Below are positions 21,780 through 33,199 of a stretch of DNA of 64,000 nucleotides, one piece after another. The position numbers were made by a program, and so were the translations under genes. The DNA is from Microcoleus sp. GTDB lineage: Bacteria; Cyanobacteriota; Cyanobacteriia; Cyanobacteriales; Microcoleaceae. The stretch covers positions 352,001 to 416,000 of the forward strand of contig JAYFMW010000003.1 in the NCBI GenBank assembly GCA_042408215.1. The letters are read 5' to 3'. Position 1 is the stretch's first letter, and the number at the start of each line of letters is the position of its first letter. The notes beneath the pieces are model-generated. The model worked only from the letters and a program-made list of their open reading frames with translations. It did no database searches and was not told the origin of the DNA.

Positions 21780-21925
21780 GTGATCTAGCCTACATTCACC
21801 GCAAGCGGTTTCTGTCGAGGCTTCCAACAATCCTGAACAGGATTTATTGGACTTCCTTTGAGGTATTCGCCAGTTGTCCCTCTCGGGCTTTTTATAGTGA
21901 GGATCATCCGCAGCCCCACTTTACT
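21780..21925 (-). ncRNA. Orphan TnpB reRNA-like structured RNA ending in TCAC (paralog of 33487-33635)
   Basis: Shares blocks AGTGGGGCTG, CCTCACTATAAA, TACCTC.AAGGAAG, GAAGCC, GCTTGCGGT, TCAC with the psbZ-upstream element. Confidence 0.55.
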
Positions 21926-22155
21926 ACCAGCGTAGTAACAGCTTTGTTGGTTTAATGGCGATCGGGCAATGCTTTGCCTGCAATGTTGAGCTGGGAATGG
22001 GCCGATGGTCAGCGCCTATCCATCTCAACACTTCTTCGGGATACCGTTGTGGTGTGGGTCGGACGGCTCGCACTTCGACTACGATCGGTGACCCGTGGTG
22101 GAAGCTGGTTTCTGGCTTTATATTAGCATAACTCTTTACATTCAGAAACAAAACA

Positions 22156-22507
22156 GTGAACTACCTGACGCTGACATAAAGGTACAGCACGGGCTTCCCA
22201 ATTCATTGGCAACAGCCACCAGAACTCCGTAATTCTATTGGTCTTACATTGCCTCCAAGGGCAGGAGTCCTGGTTCCCAAGACCCATACTTTTTCTGGCA
22301 ACACGTACCTATGAGCTTGGTTTTCGCTTACGGCATTGGTGGTCAAGATGTACCAATTTTATCATAAGAATTGCTCGTTTCCTCATCCACCCCGTCGCTG
22401 TTTCCCGCTGCGCTTGGAATTCGACTCGCGGGAGTGGAATCGTCAACTCACTGGCATTCATCCCGACGCGAGGCTACGCTCCTAGCGCGGGGCTGATGCT
22501 GCTTTAG
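22156..22507 (-). mobile_element. Non-autonomous IS200/IS605-type mini-element retaining tnpB right end
   Basis: TTAG|CTAAAGCAG left end with hairpin; GGAGGCAATGTAAGACC...GGGAAGCCC...GGTAGTTCAC right end; no transposase or nuclease ORF. Confidence 0.65.
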
Positions 22508-23842
22508 CTAACGAGACAGTTCCAGCGATACTTTTACTTGACCGTGAAGGTCGTAGAAATCTGCGTCAGTAATTTTCACAGATACGATCGAACCCAACCT
22601 CGCCTCTCCTTCCACATAGACCAATCCATCTACTTCTGGGGAGAACCGGGCGGATCTACCAATCAACTCACCTGTCTCTGGGCGTTCTTGTTCTATCAGG
22701 ACATCAACTACCTGACCGACAGACTCTTGATTCTTTTTCAATGATATAGGTTGTTGTGCCGCCATTACTGCATTTCGCCGCATTTCCATTATTTCTGCTG
22801 GTAATTGCTGAGGCAAACTGTAGGCTGGGGTGCCTTCTTCGGCGGAAAATGTGAATACTCCGACGTGATCGAATTCGTGGCGCTTGACAAATTCCAGCAA
22901 GTGTGCTGCGTGTTCGTCTGTTTCGCCGGGGAAGCCGACAATAAAAGTTGTCCGCATCACGGCACCAGGAATTGATGCTTTCAGTCGATCGACTATAGCA
23001 TCATTAATCCCAGCTTGACTAGGCCGATTCATCGCCCGCAGAATTTCGGGATGGGAATGTTGCAGGGGTAAATCCAAGTATGGCAAAACGTTGGGCGTTT
23101 CTCGGATGGCTGCGACAACTTGCGGAGTCAAACCCGTGGGATAGGCGTAGTGCATCCGAATCCAAGGTACATCTACTTTACCCAAAGCCCGAAGCAGTTC
23201 TGCCAGTTTTGGTTCGCCGTAGATATCTTTGCCGTAGTTGGTGGTAATTTGAGAAATTAGGATAATTTCTTTTACCCCTTCCGAGGCCAATTGCTTAGCT
23301 TCGGCGACAATAGATTCGATCGTCCGCGATCGCTGATTTCCGCGCAAGTGCGGGATAATGCAAAATGCACAGCGGTAATCGCAGCCTTCTGCTATTCGCA
23401 GATAAGCGACACCTTCCGATGTCGTGCGGTAGCGGGGAGTAGTTTCATCAGCGATGTAAGTTGGTTCTTTCGAGACGAGAGAAACTCGATCGCCCTTTTC
23501 AACTCTTTGAATGACATCGACTATTTTATGATAATCGCCAGTGCCGACAATTGCGACTGCTTCCGGCAATTCGTCCAGCAATTCCTGTTGAAAATGCTGT
23601 GCCATGCAGCCGGTGATGACTACTTTTTTATTAGCTTCGGCTAATTCTACCAGGGTGCGGACTGATTCTTCTCGCGCAGCTTGGATAAAACTGCAAGTAT
23701 TGACGACGACGTAATCGGCTAATTCTTCATTAGAATCGACTTGATAGCCTGCTTGAGCCAGCAAGCCAATCATGTGTTCGGTGTCTATGCGATTTTTTTC
23801 GCAGCCGAGGTGGGTAAATGCGATCGTTGGCTTCGTTGCCAT
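22508..23842 (-). CDS. rimO: Ribosomal protein S12 methylthiotransferase
   Basis: [20 protein letters not shown] radical-SAM motif, TRAM domain. Confidence 0.95.
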   Translation of the reverse strand: MATKPTIAFTHLGCEKNRIDTEHMIGLLAQAGYQVDSNEELADYVVVNTCSFIQAAREESVRTLVELAEANKKVVITGCMAQHFQQELLDELPEAVAIVGTGDYHKIVDVIQRVEKGDRVSLVSKEPTYIADETTPRYRTTSEGVAYLRIAEGCDYRCAFCIIPHLRGNQRSRTIESIVAEAKQLASEGVKEIILISQITTNYGKDIYGEPKLAELLRALGKVDVPWIRMHYAYPTGLTPQVVAAIRETPNVLPYLDLPLQHSHPEILRAMNRPSQAGINDAIVDRLKASIPGAVMRTTFIVGFPGETDEHAAHLLEFVKRHEFDHVGVFTFSAEEGTPAYSLPQQLPAEIMEMRRNAVMAAQQPISLKKNQESVGQVVDVLIEQERPETGELIGRSARFSPEVDGLVYVEGEARLGSIVSVKITDADFYDLHGQVKVSLELSR

Positions 23843-24209
23843 GCAGTAATTAGTTGCTGTTGCGATATTTCTAAGAACGTTTTATGATATCACACAATTT
23901 GAGAAGTTGCAATGTGTAGGTGGATGCGATCGGGGAATTACGCACCAAAACCCAAGAAACCGGGTTTTTAGGAGAATACTTGGTTACGATCGCACAAACG
24001 CGAAAAAACCAGGTTTCTGACCACCCGTGCGTAGATGATTCGGCGGTTGAAACCGCTACTATACAAACAAAGTCCGCCTCCGCGGACTAAGAAATAAAGG
24101 CTTTTTGGTTTATTGCTGTCAAATTTAAGTTTTTTTAGTTGATGAAATAGTAGCCAACCCATCGTAATATCATCGAATCCTCGATCGCCCTTTGCATAAT
24201 TTGTACTCG

Positions 24210-24833
24210 CTAGTTTGGCAAGCCAGCAAGAAAAATCTTTTCTGCCGTTAATTTCAATTCTGGAAAAGCCAGCGACTCAACTATGTCATTTTCCCGAAAC
24301 TGACTGATTTGATATTCCCCGTCAACCAACTGGTAAACCGAGATAGTAGGTTGTTTCGGATTGCCAATGAAGCGTCTGCCGCCCAAAGCAGCATAATCCA
24401 CAACCCAATATTCCGAGATACCCAATCTTTCATAATCAGCTACTTTTACCAGGTAATCATCTTGCCAGTTCGTGCTGACTACTTCTACAGCCAGTCGCAC
24501 CGAAGACCCCATCGTGATGACGGATTCTTTTTTATAGCGCGATTCGTTTGCAAGTGCGGTTCTGTCTAGGATTATTACGTCTGGTTGATAACCTGCTTCG
24601 TCACGGGAAAGTTTGAGTAAGCAGTGACCAGGGATTGAGTAGGATAATTGCAGTCGTCTGATTTCAAAATTGATTTCACTGGAAAGAAAACCTATAACGT
24701 CGGCATGGTCGCCAGTTCCTAAAGACATTTCAACAATTACTCCATTGTGTAGTTCGTACTTGTGGACAGAGTTCTCTGGATACCAAGCAACGAACTCATC
24801 AAACGTGATTGTTTTGGATATGGTTTGGATCAT
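24210..24833 (-). CDS. Uma2 family (PD-D/EXK) endonuclease
   Basis: YELHNG, PDV, LAVEVVS, GISEYWVVD. Confidence 0.88.
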   Translation of the reverse strand: MIQTISKTITFDEFVAWYPENSVHKYELHNGVIVEMSLGTGDHADVIGFLSSEINFEIRRLQLSYSIPGHCLLKLSRDEAGYQPDVIILDRTALANESRYKKESVITMGSSVRLAVEVVSTNWQDDYLVKVADYERLGISEYWVVDYAALGGRRFIGNPKQPTISVYQLVDGEYQISQFRENDIVESLAFPELKLTAEKIFLAGLPN

Positions 24834-24985
24834 GTTGTGGTTTCCTCTGTCTCGTGATTAGTATGCGGAAAGCTCAAATATTACACAAGGGTTTACGACA
24901 ACGTTGTTCGTAATCCTTGACATAGGAAGTGAAGTTTGGTATAGTCTCGCGTCCATAATATCAAAATACCGATCGCGCCGATCGA

Positions 24986-25160
24986 CTAAATCTGAAAGTT
25001 GATCCGTAGGGTGCGTCGCTGCGAGATCTTTGATATAACTGGCAGATTATAGATGGCGACGCACCCTACTTGCTAAATTTGAAAGTTGATCCGTAGGGTG
25101 CGTCGCTGCGAAATCTTTGATATAACTGGCAGATTATAGATGGCGACGCACCCTACTTGC
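24986..25160. repeat. Two tandem 88-bp REP-doublet units (GTAGGGTGCGTCGC...GCGACGCACCCTAC); third copy at 32147-32210
   Basis: Perfect 14-bp GTAG-starting inverted repeats around near-identical spacers. Confidence 0.85.
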
Positions 25161-25208
25161 TACCCAAAATAATATTGTAGGGAAACGGCACTGCCGTGTC
25201 CTAATTTA

Positions 25209-26252
25209 TTAGTTATTTGGGATTTCACATAAGGCATTTTGCAACATACTCTCAAAAAAAGTATCCAGAGAAGTCCCTGATGCTTTGGCCATAGTAGAAA
25301 GCACACTTTTCTGAGCAAAAGAACAGTACAGCCCCGCTTCCAAGAACCAAGGTTGTCCCTGGGGATCGATGCGAAAATCAAATAGACTATAATCGCGACA
25401 GCCCAAAGCGATGTGGCATTTTCTGGCCATCGCCCAAACTCTCTCAGTTACCGGATCGCTGATGTCAACTATCCACGATTTGGTACTATCTTTAGCGGCA
25501 TAACCCAAGCTTCCATCATCATTTTGTTTGAGCTTATCAGCATAACTCCGAATCGGTTTGGTATCAGCATCTAGAGCATACTCTTCTAGCGGTAAACAGA
25601 CTAACTCGCCTGCTTTGACGATAATTCCACAGCGAACTTCTCTACCCAATTCAATGAATTTTTCTACTAGCACTTCATCTGAATGAGTCAATGCTATCTG
25701 CAAAGCTGCATCATAGTCAGCAGCATTTTTCACGAAAGCCACTCCAATGGAATTATCACTATTCACTGGCTTAAGTACGGCTGGGAAATCAATCGAAGGT
25801 CGATCGCCCCCACGGACAACTTCTCCTAATGGTACACTTACCCCAGCGGCTGCTACCACTGCTTTAGCCTTCGCTTTATCAGCCACCAGCGCCATCAACT
25901 CTGCGGGATTACCCACATAAGGAATACTCAGCAAATCGAACAAACTGCGGTATTGAGTCATGCCGGGGATGCAAAACATCTGGGGGACCATTACGTCAAT
26001 TTGGAGGTCGGTCAGCACCTGCACAGCGCCCGCTAAAGACATGGGATTAGCGGCCGCGATCGCACTCGGCTCCAGAGATGTCGGAAAACGCCATTGGCGA
26101 TCGGGAGAAATATAGGCAATATGAAATTCATACAGTGCTGAATTAGCCGTATTCTCCAAACAATCTTGGGCATAAAGCCGCGACAAATTACAGTAAAAAT
26201 CACTGACAGCCGATCCAACTAAATGCAAAACCCGTAATACTGACATACTCAA
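25209..26252 (-). CDS. mysD: D-Ala-D-Ala ligase-like mycosporine-glycine:amine ligase
   Basis: VLHLVGS, VPQMFC, DNS.GV, FDFRID, LEAGLYCSF; cluster context. Confidence 0.9.
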   Translation of the reverse strand: MSMSVLRVLHLVGSAVSDFYCNLSRLYAQDCLENTANSALYEFHIAYISPDRQWRFPTSLEPSAIAAANPMSLAGAVQVLTDLQIDVMVPQMFCIPGMTQYRSLFDLLSIPYVGNPAELMALVADKAKAKAVVAAAGVSVPLGEVVRGGDRPSIDFPAVLKPVNSDNSIGVAFVKNAADYDAALQIALTHSDEVLVEKFIELGREVRCGIIVKAGELVCLPLEEYALDADTKPIRSYADKLKQNDDGSLGYAAKDSTKSWIVDISDPVTERVWAMARKCHIALGCRDYSLFDFRIDPQGQPWFLEAGLYCSFAQKSVLSTMAKASGTSLDTFFESMLQNALCEIPNN

Positions 26253-27640
26253 TCTCCCCCTATTTCCACAAGTTTGCCAATATTAAAATCAATCCGAATC
26301 CACTCTTTCGGCTTCTGCAAATTTCCCCATAACAACAATGGAATTTGCCAATGATGCACCATCAAAAATGGTAATGGATCGTCCCAATCGAAGATAGCAT
26401 CTTTGCCTTTGGTGATAATTTGTAACCGCTCAAAAACTAGCTTTGGCGATCGCAAATGAGTCACCAAGCGCCAAATTTCATGGTAAATCCAGTAAGTCGG
26501 GCGACTAGATGCCAAGGGCTGCACAGTCTCAGGTAGAGCATCGTGTTCTAAATAAGCCTTCGCTACATCGGGATGGTTGTAAAACATCGTGATGGCTGAA
26601 TGGGTGCGGGGATTACATTCGATCGCATAAATCTCTCCATCATCCGCCGCCTGAATGAAATCAAAGGAAACTTGTCCAGTCAAATTGAGACTTTTGGCAA
26701 ACTGACGAATCCAATTTTCGATATCCGGGCGATCGACATTTTCATAGTTTACCTGAAATGCCGATGATTCACAACAACAGTGCAACTGAACATGACCATC
26801 ACGGATGGTACTGTGAGTGCAGAACTCTTGCCCCGGAATATACTCTTGCATAATCCAAGGTTTACCCTCAGAAATTGGTAAAGACTTGACAAAAGCGGCA
26901 GTTTCGGCTGGGGTTTCGCAGGGTAATTTAGTTAAGTCTAATCTGCGGATAGAATCGTAGGGAATACTTTTGATAATGTATTGGCGCTGTGCATCACTAA
27001 AATCAAAATCGATTACTTGCTGGGGATTGGTAATCCGGTAGGACTTCGGGACTCGCAGCCCCAATGCGATCGCAGTGGCAGCAAATGTATACTTATCATC
27101 CAATCGTTGCAGCATTTCCACATCGACGTGCATTACCGTACAGTGGGGAGAAAGCACGCTTTGGACTTCGGCATCGTAGTAACTGGCGACGGGACTACAC
27201 ACGGGAACATAAACATTCACTCCCTCTTTTTGGACAATTTTTAAGAGAGCTTGGGGGTATTCCTCTGTCTGGGGATTTGGTACTGTGTAAAAGCGATCGA
27301 TCGCCCAAGAGTAACGATGACCTGTCAGCCAGTATTTCTCGGTTTCAACCAAAATTACCCGATGACCGGCCCTATGGAACGATCGGGCTAGCTGTAATGC
27401 CTTAGTCATCTTGCCGCCACCGATCAAAATCGTTTGCGGAGTGGTTGTAGTCGATCGCGACTGGAACGGTTTAGTAAGTATAGCTCTGAGTAAGGCTATT
27501 ATCGTCAAAGCGAGATTCAGGGGCATTACTAAAAGCAGCAAAGTCAGAGTTGCTATTGTTTTAAGTGCTGTTTGGAAGCGCCGATTCCCCGCATTTGTCT
27601 CCTGTTCAGATGGCATCGCTGCAACTGAAATTGTTTTCAT
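26249..27640 (-). CDS. mysC: ATP-grasp ligase (mycosporine-glycine synthase); start may extend to 27688
   Basis: GGKMTKALQLARSF, IECNPRTHSAIT, IDFNIGKLVE. Confidence 0.9.
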   Translation of the reverse strand: MKTISVAAMPSEQETNAGNRRFQTALKTIATLTLLLLVMPLNLALTIIALLRAILTKPFQSRSTTTTPQTILIGGGKMTKALQLARSFHRAGHRVILVETEKYWLTGHRYSWAIDRFYTVPNPQTEEYPQALLKIVQKEGVNVYVPVCSPVASYYDAEVQSVLSPHCTVMHVDVEMLQRLDDKYTFAATAIALGLRVPKSYRITNPQQVIDFDFSDAQRQYIIKSIPYDSIRRLDLTKLPCETPAETAAFVKSLPISEGKPWIMQEYIPGQEFCTHSTIRDGHVQLHCCCESSAFQVNYENVDRPDIENWIRQFAKSLNLTGQVSFDFIQAADDGEIYAIECNPRTHSAITMFYNHPDVAKAYLEHDALPETVQPLASSRPTYWIYHEIWRLVTHLRSPKLVFERLQIITKGKDAIFDWDDPLPFLMVHHWQIPLLLWGNLQKPKEWIRIDFNIGKLVEIGGD

Positions 27641-27753
27641 AATAATTTTCTGGTATGACATACTAACGGGAGCGTCCCGATTTTGCAAATATACTCGTAG
27701 GGGCGAAGCCTTCCGGCAGTAAATCTCTGGTTATGACGAATTAATTCTCTATG

Positions 27754-28089
27754 TTAATCGACATCTAAATGCAGTTTTAGAGCAATATTTACAAACTGCA
27801 TAATTTCCTCATTTAAACTCCCGACTGCATCGCTGGTAATTCGCTGTTAAATTGTCCGTATTTGCTGTACTTGCACTTTAGAAGATTTGGATAAACCGCT
27901 ATCCTCTGGATTTAGCAATACCTCGAAAGGGTAGACACGGGTTATATTCGAGGTAATTGGTAGAATTGTAACTGTATTGGCGGCACGGTTATTAGCATCA
28001 TTGCTTACCACCAATACGGGACGGCTTTTGTCTATCTCAGAACCGACTGTAGGACTGAGATTCGCATAGTAAATTTCACCACGTTTCAT
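27754..28089 (-). pseudogene. mazF: PemK/MazF toxin with premature in-frame stop at codon 81
   Basis: MKRGEIY..L.P..GSE..K.RP.LVVS; frame continues after TAA for 30 codons ending ALKLHLDVD. Confidence 0.8.
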
Positions 28090-28300
28090 CTGTTAATCCA
28101 TCGGCAACTGTTAAATCCCAAACGGAGTCTACTTCGCTAGATGCTTGTCGGTAAGCAGATTCTAGTTCTTGATTCCGCAACAATTCCAAAGCTAATTCAA
28201 TTACTTTGGATGGCGATTTGCATCCTTTAGCAATTTTGTAGCTTTCAATGAACTGTAGTAGTGATTGTGATAGGGAAATTGATATTTCTTTAGCTTGCAT
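28076..28300 (-). CDS. Ribbon-helix-helix antitoxin (CopG-like)
   Basis: ISISL...SKVIELAL, WDLTVADGL tail; overlaps toxin start. Confidence 0.75.
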   Translation of the reverse strand: MQAKEISISLSQSLLQFIESYKIAKGCKSPSKVIELALELLRNQELESAYRQASSEVDSVWDLTVADGLTDETW

Positions 28301-28371
28301 TATCTTAGCAATTGGTAATTACAAAGATTTCTACTTAACTATAGCACAAGTAGTAAATCAGGAGACGGCAG

Positions 28372-28577
28372 TGCCCATTAGTGTCAACTTAAGCCCGAAA
28401 GCCATGATAAATCTGGTTTTTACCATAGTCCAGATCCCCCTAAATCCCCCTTAATAAGGGGGACGAGAGAAAAGACTCCTGTCCCCCCCTTCTTAAGGGG
28501 GGTTAGGGGGGATCTGGATTTAATAGTCAAACAGCAATCTCTGACTGGATTTGAGCTTAAGTTGACAGCTATGGGCA
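28372..28577. mobile_element. MITE-like element with TGTCAACTTAAGC TIRs enclosing a CCCCCTAAATCCCCCTT/AAGGGGGGTTAGGGGG palindromic repeat
   Basis: TIRs at 28382-28394 and 28555-28567; similar inner palindrome at 19801-19898. Confidence 0.75.
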
Positions 28578-28600
28578 TTCCCGTGTCCTTATTAACATTG

Positions 28601-29404
28601 CTAAACGCGCCGAATCAAGGTAATCCCATCTCTGAGCGGCACTAACACTTGCTCTACGCGGGGATCGTCAACTAGAGCCTGATTGAATTTAGCGATCGCA
28701 ACTCCGTTAGCAGTAGCAGTACCGGACAAATAGGGCTGTCCCTGCATCAGAGTATTGTCGGCACAAATCAAGCCATTGGGAGCCAACAGCCCAGTGGTGA
28801 GCAGTAAATCGAGATAATCTGTGTATCCAGCTTTATCAGCATCGATAAACACCAAATCGAACACTTCTCCAGCAGCAGCCAATTGTTTCATGGTTTCTAG
28901 GGCTGGTGCGACTCGCACTGAGATTTTGTGACCAACCGTCGATTCCTGAAAACACTTTTGGGCAAATTGTGCGACGTAAGTATCTACTTCGCAGGCTACT
29001 ACTTCTCCATCAACAGGAAGGGCTTCAGCCATCGCTAGTGCTGAGTAGCCAGTGAACATCCCGATTTCCAGCACGCGCTGTGCTTTGGTGAGATGGACGA
29101 GAAATTTCAGCATTTGCCCCTCCACATGGCCGGAGAGCATCTCTTGTTCCAAGTGGCGCACTGTCTCGCCGTCGGAGAATCGCTGACTCCAATCTTCTGA
29201 TTGGGTGCGTTTTACTAAGGTGGCTAAATCCGCAGATTCCGCTGTGGTGCAAAGGTTCAGGTAGGGATCGAGACCATTTGCTAATTCGTAGGCTTGTTGC
29301 AATTCTGCCTTGAAAGCTCGATCGATCCCATCTTGAGACTCTACCTGCTGGACAAGACTTTCCAGTAAAGAGGCTAAAATCCCGACTGGGGTAACAGGTC
29401 TCAT
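28601..29404 (-). CDS. mysB: O-methyltransferase (4-deoxygadusol forming)
   Basis: RPVTP.GI, MLSGHVEGQ, LEIGMFTGYS, FIDADK. Confidence 0.9.
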   Translation of the reverse strand: MRPVTPVGILASLLESLVQQVESQDGIDRAFKAELQQAYELANGLDPYLNLCTTAESADLATLVKRTQSEDWSQRFSDGETVRHLEQEMLSGHVEGQMLKFLVHLTKAQRVLEIGMFTGYSALAMAEALPVDGEVVACEVDTYVAQFAQKCFQESTVGHKISVRVAPALETMKQLAAAGEVFDLVFIDADKAGYTDYLDLLLTTGLLAPNGLICADNTLMQGQPYLSGTATANGVAIAKFNQALVDDPRVEQVLVPLRDGITLIRRV

Positions 29405-29406
29405 CT

Positions 29407-30645
29407 TTATACCCCGGCTGTGGAAAGAGTCCCAACTTTGTCCAATACCACGTACATATTCTCGCCATCACCATTGCGCGGATAGCCATGACAGATTTTT
29501 TGATGCACCGCTAGGGCTTCATCCAACTCAGTTCGAGTCAAATCGTTCATGAAAAAGCAGTCACCAATGGGGCATGGAGCCGCCGCGCGTTGAAGGCCAT
29601 CGCGGGTACGGGCGATGGATGTTGTGGCTTTCCAGAGCAGTTCTGATGTGAGATAGGGGCTATCAATTGCTAGTCCGAGCCGACTCATTAATCCTAGGAT
29701 GCGATCGCGATCGGCGATCGAAATGTAGCCCCGTTGTTGAGCAATCGTCGCCGAAAAAGCCATGTCGATAGCGACACTGTGGCCGTGGAACATCGGAATT
29801 TCCGGTGTTAGTTCCAGCGTCGGACTCCAAGTGTGACCATAAGCAATCACTCGATCCAAGTCTAGCTCGTGTAGGTTTGGTACTTCTAATGCCAGCATTG
29901 ACTCAATGGCGTTGTAGGTTAAGCGATGTGCTACTTCGCGCAGTTCAGATGTGCCGTCTAGATACCCAAAATGGCTATGCAGCAATGCTTCACCGTAGTT
30001 TTCCAGCAACTCAAAGATTTCTTTGTTCCCAACAACCGCGATCTTAATTAACTCTGCCATGCCGTTGCGTATTTGGTCGATCGGCAGAGTTTTTAGGAAG
30101 GAGAAATCTAAAATTACTTTCTTTGAAGCGTGGTAAGCACCGAGGCGGTTTTTCAGTTTACCGTGGTTCACGGCTACCTTGATTGCCACACTGGCATCAA
30201 TCAGCCCAATTAGGGTTGTCGGTACGCGAATGTAGTTGGTCCGACGGCGATAGGAGGAGCAGGCGAAACCAGTTACGTCAGTAGTCAATCCACCACCAAC
30301 CACCAACACAGGTTCTTTCCGCACGAGTCCGAAATCAACGAAGGCATCTATGATGCTTTCAAAAGTTGTTAAGGTCTTATCCGGTTCCTTGATATTCACT
30401 GGAAAGACTGTTAAATCTATCTCGTGATATTTGAAATAAGCCTGCATCTGCTTGCCATACAGACCATACACTGTTTCGTCTACAACCATTAAACAGCGAC
30501 CAAATTGGCGGTAACTATCGGCAATTTCTGGATTTTCAAGCTTGAAAGCACCATCTACATAGAGCAAGCTGAAATCAATTTTTTCGTACCCTTCAATATG
30601 AAAAGCGCGATCGGTAGATGTAAACGTAGCTTGAATGTCACCCAT
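29407..30645 (-). CDS. mysA: Sedoheptulose-7-phosphate cyclase (demethyl-4-deoxygadusol synthase)
   Basis: [39 protein letters not shown]. Confidence 0.92.
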   Translation of the reverse strand: MGDIQATFTSTDRAFHIEGYEKIDFSLLYVDGAFKLENPEIADSYRQFGRCLMVVDETVYGLYGKQMQAYFKYHEIDLTVFPVNIKEPDKTLTTFESIIDAFVDFGLVRKEPVLVVGGGLTTDVTGFACSSYRRRTNYIRVPTTLIGLIDASVAIKVAVNHGKLKNRLGAYHASKKVILDFSFLKTLPIDQIRNGMAELIKIAVVGNKEIFELLENYGEALLHSHFGYLDGTSELREVAHRLTYNAIESMLALEVPNLHELDLDRVIAYGHTWSPTLELTPEIPMFHGHSVAIDMAFSATIAQQRGYISIADRDRILGLMSRLGLAIDSPYLTSELLWKATTSIARTRDGLQRAAAPCPIGDCFFMNDLTRTELDEALAVHQKICHGYPRNGDGENMYVVLDKVGTLSTAGV

Positions 30646-31141
30646 AAAATTTTTGCACTTTCGTGTTGATAAGTAACTGTAAGTATCCGGGCGATCGTCA
30701 AAACTATCCATCCTTTTGCTGGCCAACTTCCTAGGCATTAACTTGACAAATTTGTCATTTAATATGATCTTAACAATCCACCTAAAAATTTACTTTCAGA
30801 GCTGTTTGTTAAGAATAGGTTAAATACTGCTTTTCGAGTATTTATACTTAAAGTCCTGCTAGGAGCAAGTTTAGATCGCCTCAATACTTGCACAAAACTT
30901 AACATAACGGATTTCTCATATTTATGCAACCTGATGCCACAAAATCCGATAAAACTGTTGAGAAATATTAGAGAATCGGCGACGATCAGTTCAAAACTTT
31001 ACAATCAATCAGTATTTGACAAAGTTAATGTGTTCTAGAATACTCAGTAAATCCAAGGGCGATCGCTAGCAGAAATAAATGTATAAACTTATACAGAAAG
31101 TTCTATGAGTGTTTGAAATTGACTTAGATCGTCAATTCAGC

Positions 31142-32137
31142 TTAGGCTGGAAACACCAAGGATAAATCTAGGGACTCGGGAAACCCCGGAATTACGACAG
31201 TCTCATCAGGGAGAAGAACTCGTTGCGATCGATAATTGAAATCACCTTGTCTTTTTCGATCGGGTTCGCTGTGCATTTCCAGTTGATTGTCAACCAAATT
31301 AAATATCCAAGAATTAGCAATTCCAGCTTCAGCATAGAGAGATAACTTAGTTCTTCGATCGTACTTTAAAGTAGAATCAGAAACCTCAATTACTAACAAG
31401 ATATCCGCAGGTTCTGGGTGAGAAGATAAATAATTATCAGAGCGATTGCGGGCGATAACCACATCAGGTTCTGGTTCGCTATTTGTAGTAGATAAAATTC
31501 TCGGCTCTTGTACGCGCAAATGAGCAAGTCTTGCGAGTATAATGACTAATTACCGAAGTAAAAGACTGTTACAAACAGAGTGAAACCTACCTTTAGCAGC
31601 CATTTTGATAATTTCTCCGCGAATCAATTCAACTCGGTCAATCGATTTGAGATTTGAGATTTGAGATTTGAGATTTACCCCACGTATAAATGCGGGGGCT
31701 TGAGGATTTTAGATTTGGGATTTTGGATTGATTCCACGGATCAATCCGGGGGCTTGTACCACCTTTGAAATTATTGGTCAATCGATTTGAGATTTGAGAT
31801 TTGAGATTTGAGATTTACCCCACGTATAAATGCGGGGGCTTGAGGATTTTAGATTTGGGATTTTGGATTGATTCCACGGATCAATCCGGGGGCTTGTACC
31901 ACCTTTGAAATTATTGGTCAATCGATTTGAGATTTGAGATTTGAGATTTGAGATTTACCCCACGTATAAATGCGGGGGCTTGAGGATTTTAGATTTGGGA
32001 TTTTGGATTGATTCCACGGATCAATCCGGGGGCTTGTACCACCTTTGAAATTATTGGTCATCGGGAGCGAAAAATCCGAGTTCTCCCAAACGGTGATATT
32101 CTGCGATCGAGAATCGTTTTGTAGTTACAGTAGTCAT
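31142..32137 (-). pseudogene. Uma2 family endonuclease split by a 420-bp tandem insertion, plus a nonsense codon
   Basis: MTTVTTKRFSIAEYHRLGELGFFAPDD (from 32137) joins RVELIRGEII...LLR*LV...RVQEP after removing the insert. Confidence 0.85.
31641..32060 (-). mobile_element. Three tandem identical 140-bp copies of a TGAC-bounded small element
   Basis: Units 31641-31780, 31781-31920, 31921-32060; homologous to 57292-57625. Confidence 0.85.
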
Positions 32138-32255
32138 AATTAATCCGTAGGGTGCGTCGCTGCGAGATCTTTAATATAACTTGCAGATTATAGATGGCGA
32201 CGCACCCTACTTGCCATCAGATTAGATGTACCACATACACAGGTCATATACTGTA

Positions 32256-32804
32256 TTAGGGTCGATCGCCCGACAGCACTTGAACAGCAGTCGCCGCAGG
32301 TAATTTATCGTAAGAATTTGCGGTCAACCCGTTAACTTGGCGCATCAAAGTGCCCATTTCTAAAGCACTCATCGCATAATTCCAGCCCAAATTGCTCTTA
32401 ATCCCTGCCCTTTCCAAAGCTTGCTGCATCGTGTCAGTCGTCACAACTCCAAAAATCACCGGCACCCCTGTTTGAAAAGCAGCCGCTGCAATTCCCTTAG
32501 AAACTTCACCCGCTACAAAATCGAAATGAGGAGTTTGACCTCGAATCACCGCACCCAGACAAATCACTGCATCATAGCGGTGAGAAAGAGCAGCTTGACG
32601 AGCAATCAAAGGAATCTCAAAACATCCCGGAACCCAATAAAAATCAACCTGACTACCATGAGGATCAATATCAACCCCGTGGCGTTTCAAACAATCTTGA
32701 CATCCCTCCAAAAGTTTGTTGACCACCATGTCGTTAAAACGACCGATGACAATCGCAAACCGCAAAGATTCTGTCTGAGTAAAAGTTCCCTCGAAAACTG
32801 CCAT
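32256..32804 (-). CDS. ribH: 6,7-dimethyl-8-ribityllumazine synthase
   Basis: [31 protein letters not shown]. Confidence 0.95.
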   Translation of the reverse strand: MAVFEGTFTQTESLRFAIVIGRFNDMVVNKLLEGCQDCLKRHGVDIDPHGSQVDFYWVPGCFEIPLIARQAALSHRYDAVICLGAVIRGQTPHFDFVAGEVSKGIAAAAFQTGVPVIFGVVTTDTMQQALERAGIKSNLGWNYAMSALEMGTLMRQVNGLTANSYDKLPAATAVQVLSGDRP

Positions 32805-33199
32805 AATGTTCTACTTTAGATTTTTAGATTTTAGACTGACGGATCGACTTCTTCCTTCTTTCTTCTTTCTTTTTCCTTCTTCCTTCTTCCTGAAGCGGCG
32901 GTTGGTGCCCTTCGACTACGCTCAGGAACCGCGGAGCGTCGCACGCTCGCGTAGTCGAACCATTCCTGCCCTTCGACTACGCTCAGGAACCGCGTAGTCG
33001 AAGGCTCTTCTTCCTTCATCCTTCTTCCTGACTTCGGATCTATGAGTTGTGAGCTTTGAATTTTGGCAATGAATTTATCTCTTGAAAAAATGACTTCAAT
33101 TAATAATTCACTCGCCACTTAAGACTACTAATTATAGCATAAATTTTAGTCAAAATTCAAAACTCACAACTATTTTGGATGTTTTAGTGCTAGGGTAAT

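Noticed and set aside
22238..22507. 89-aa ORF
   Set aside because: Lies within the non-coding mini-element; no recognisable motif
31641..32060. CRISPR array
   Set aside because: Three identical 140-bp units without spacers; it is an insertion in a Uma2 gene
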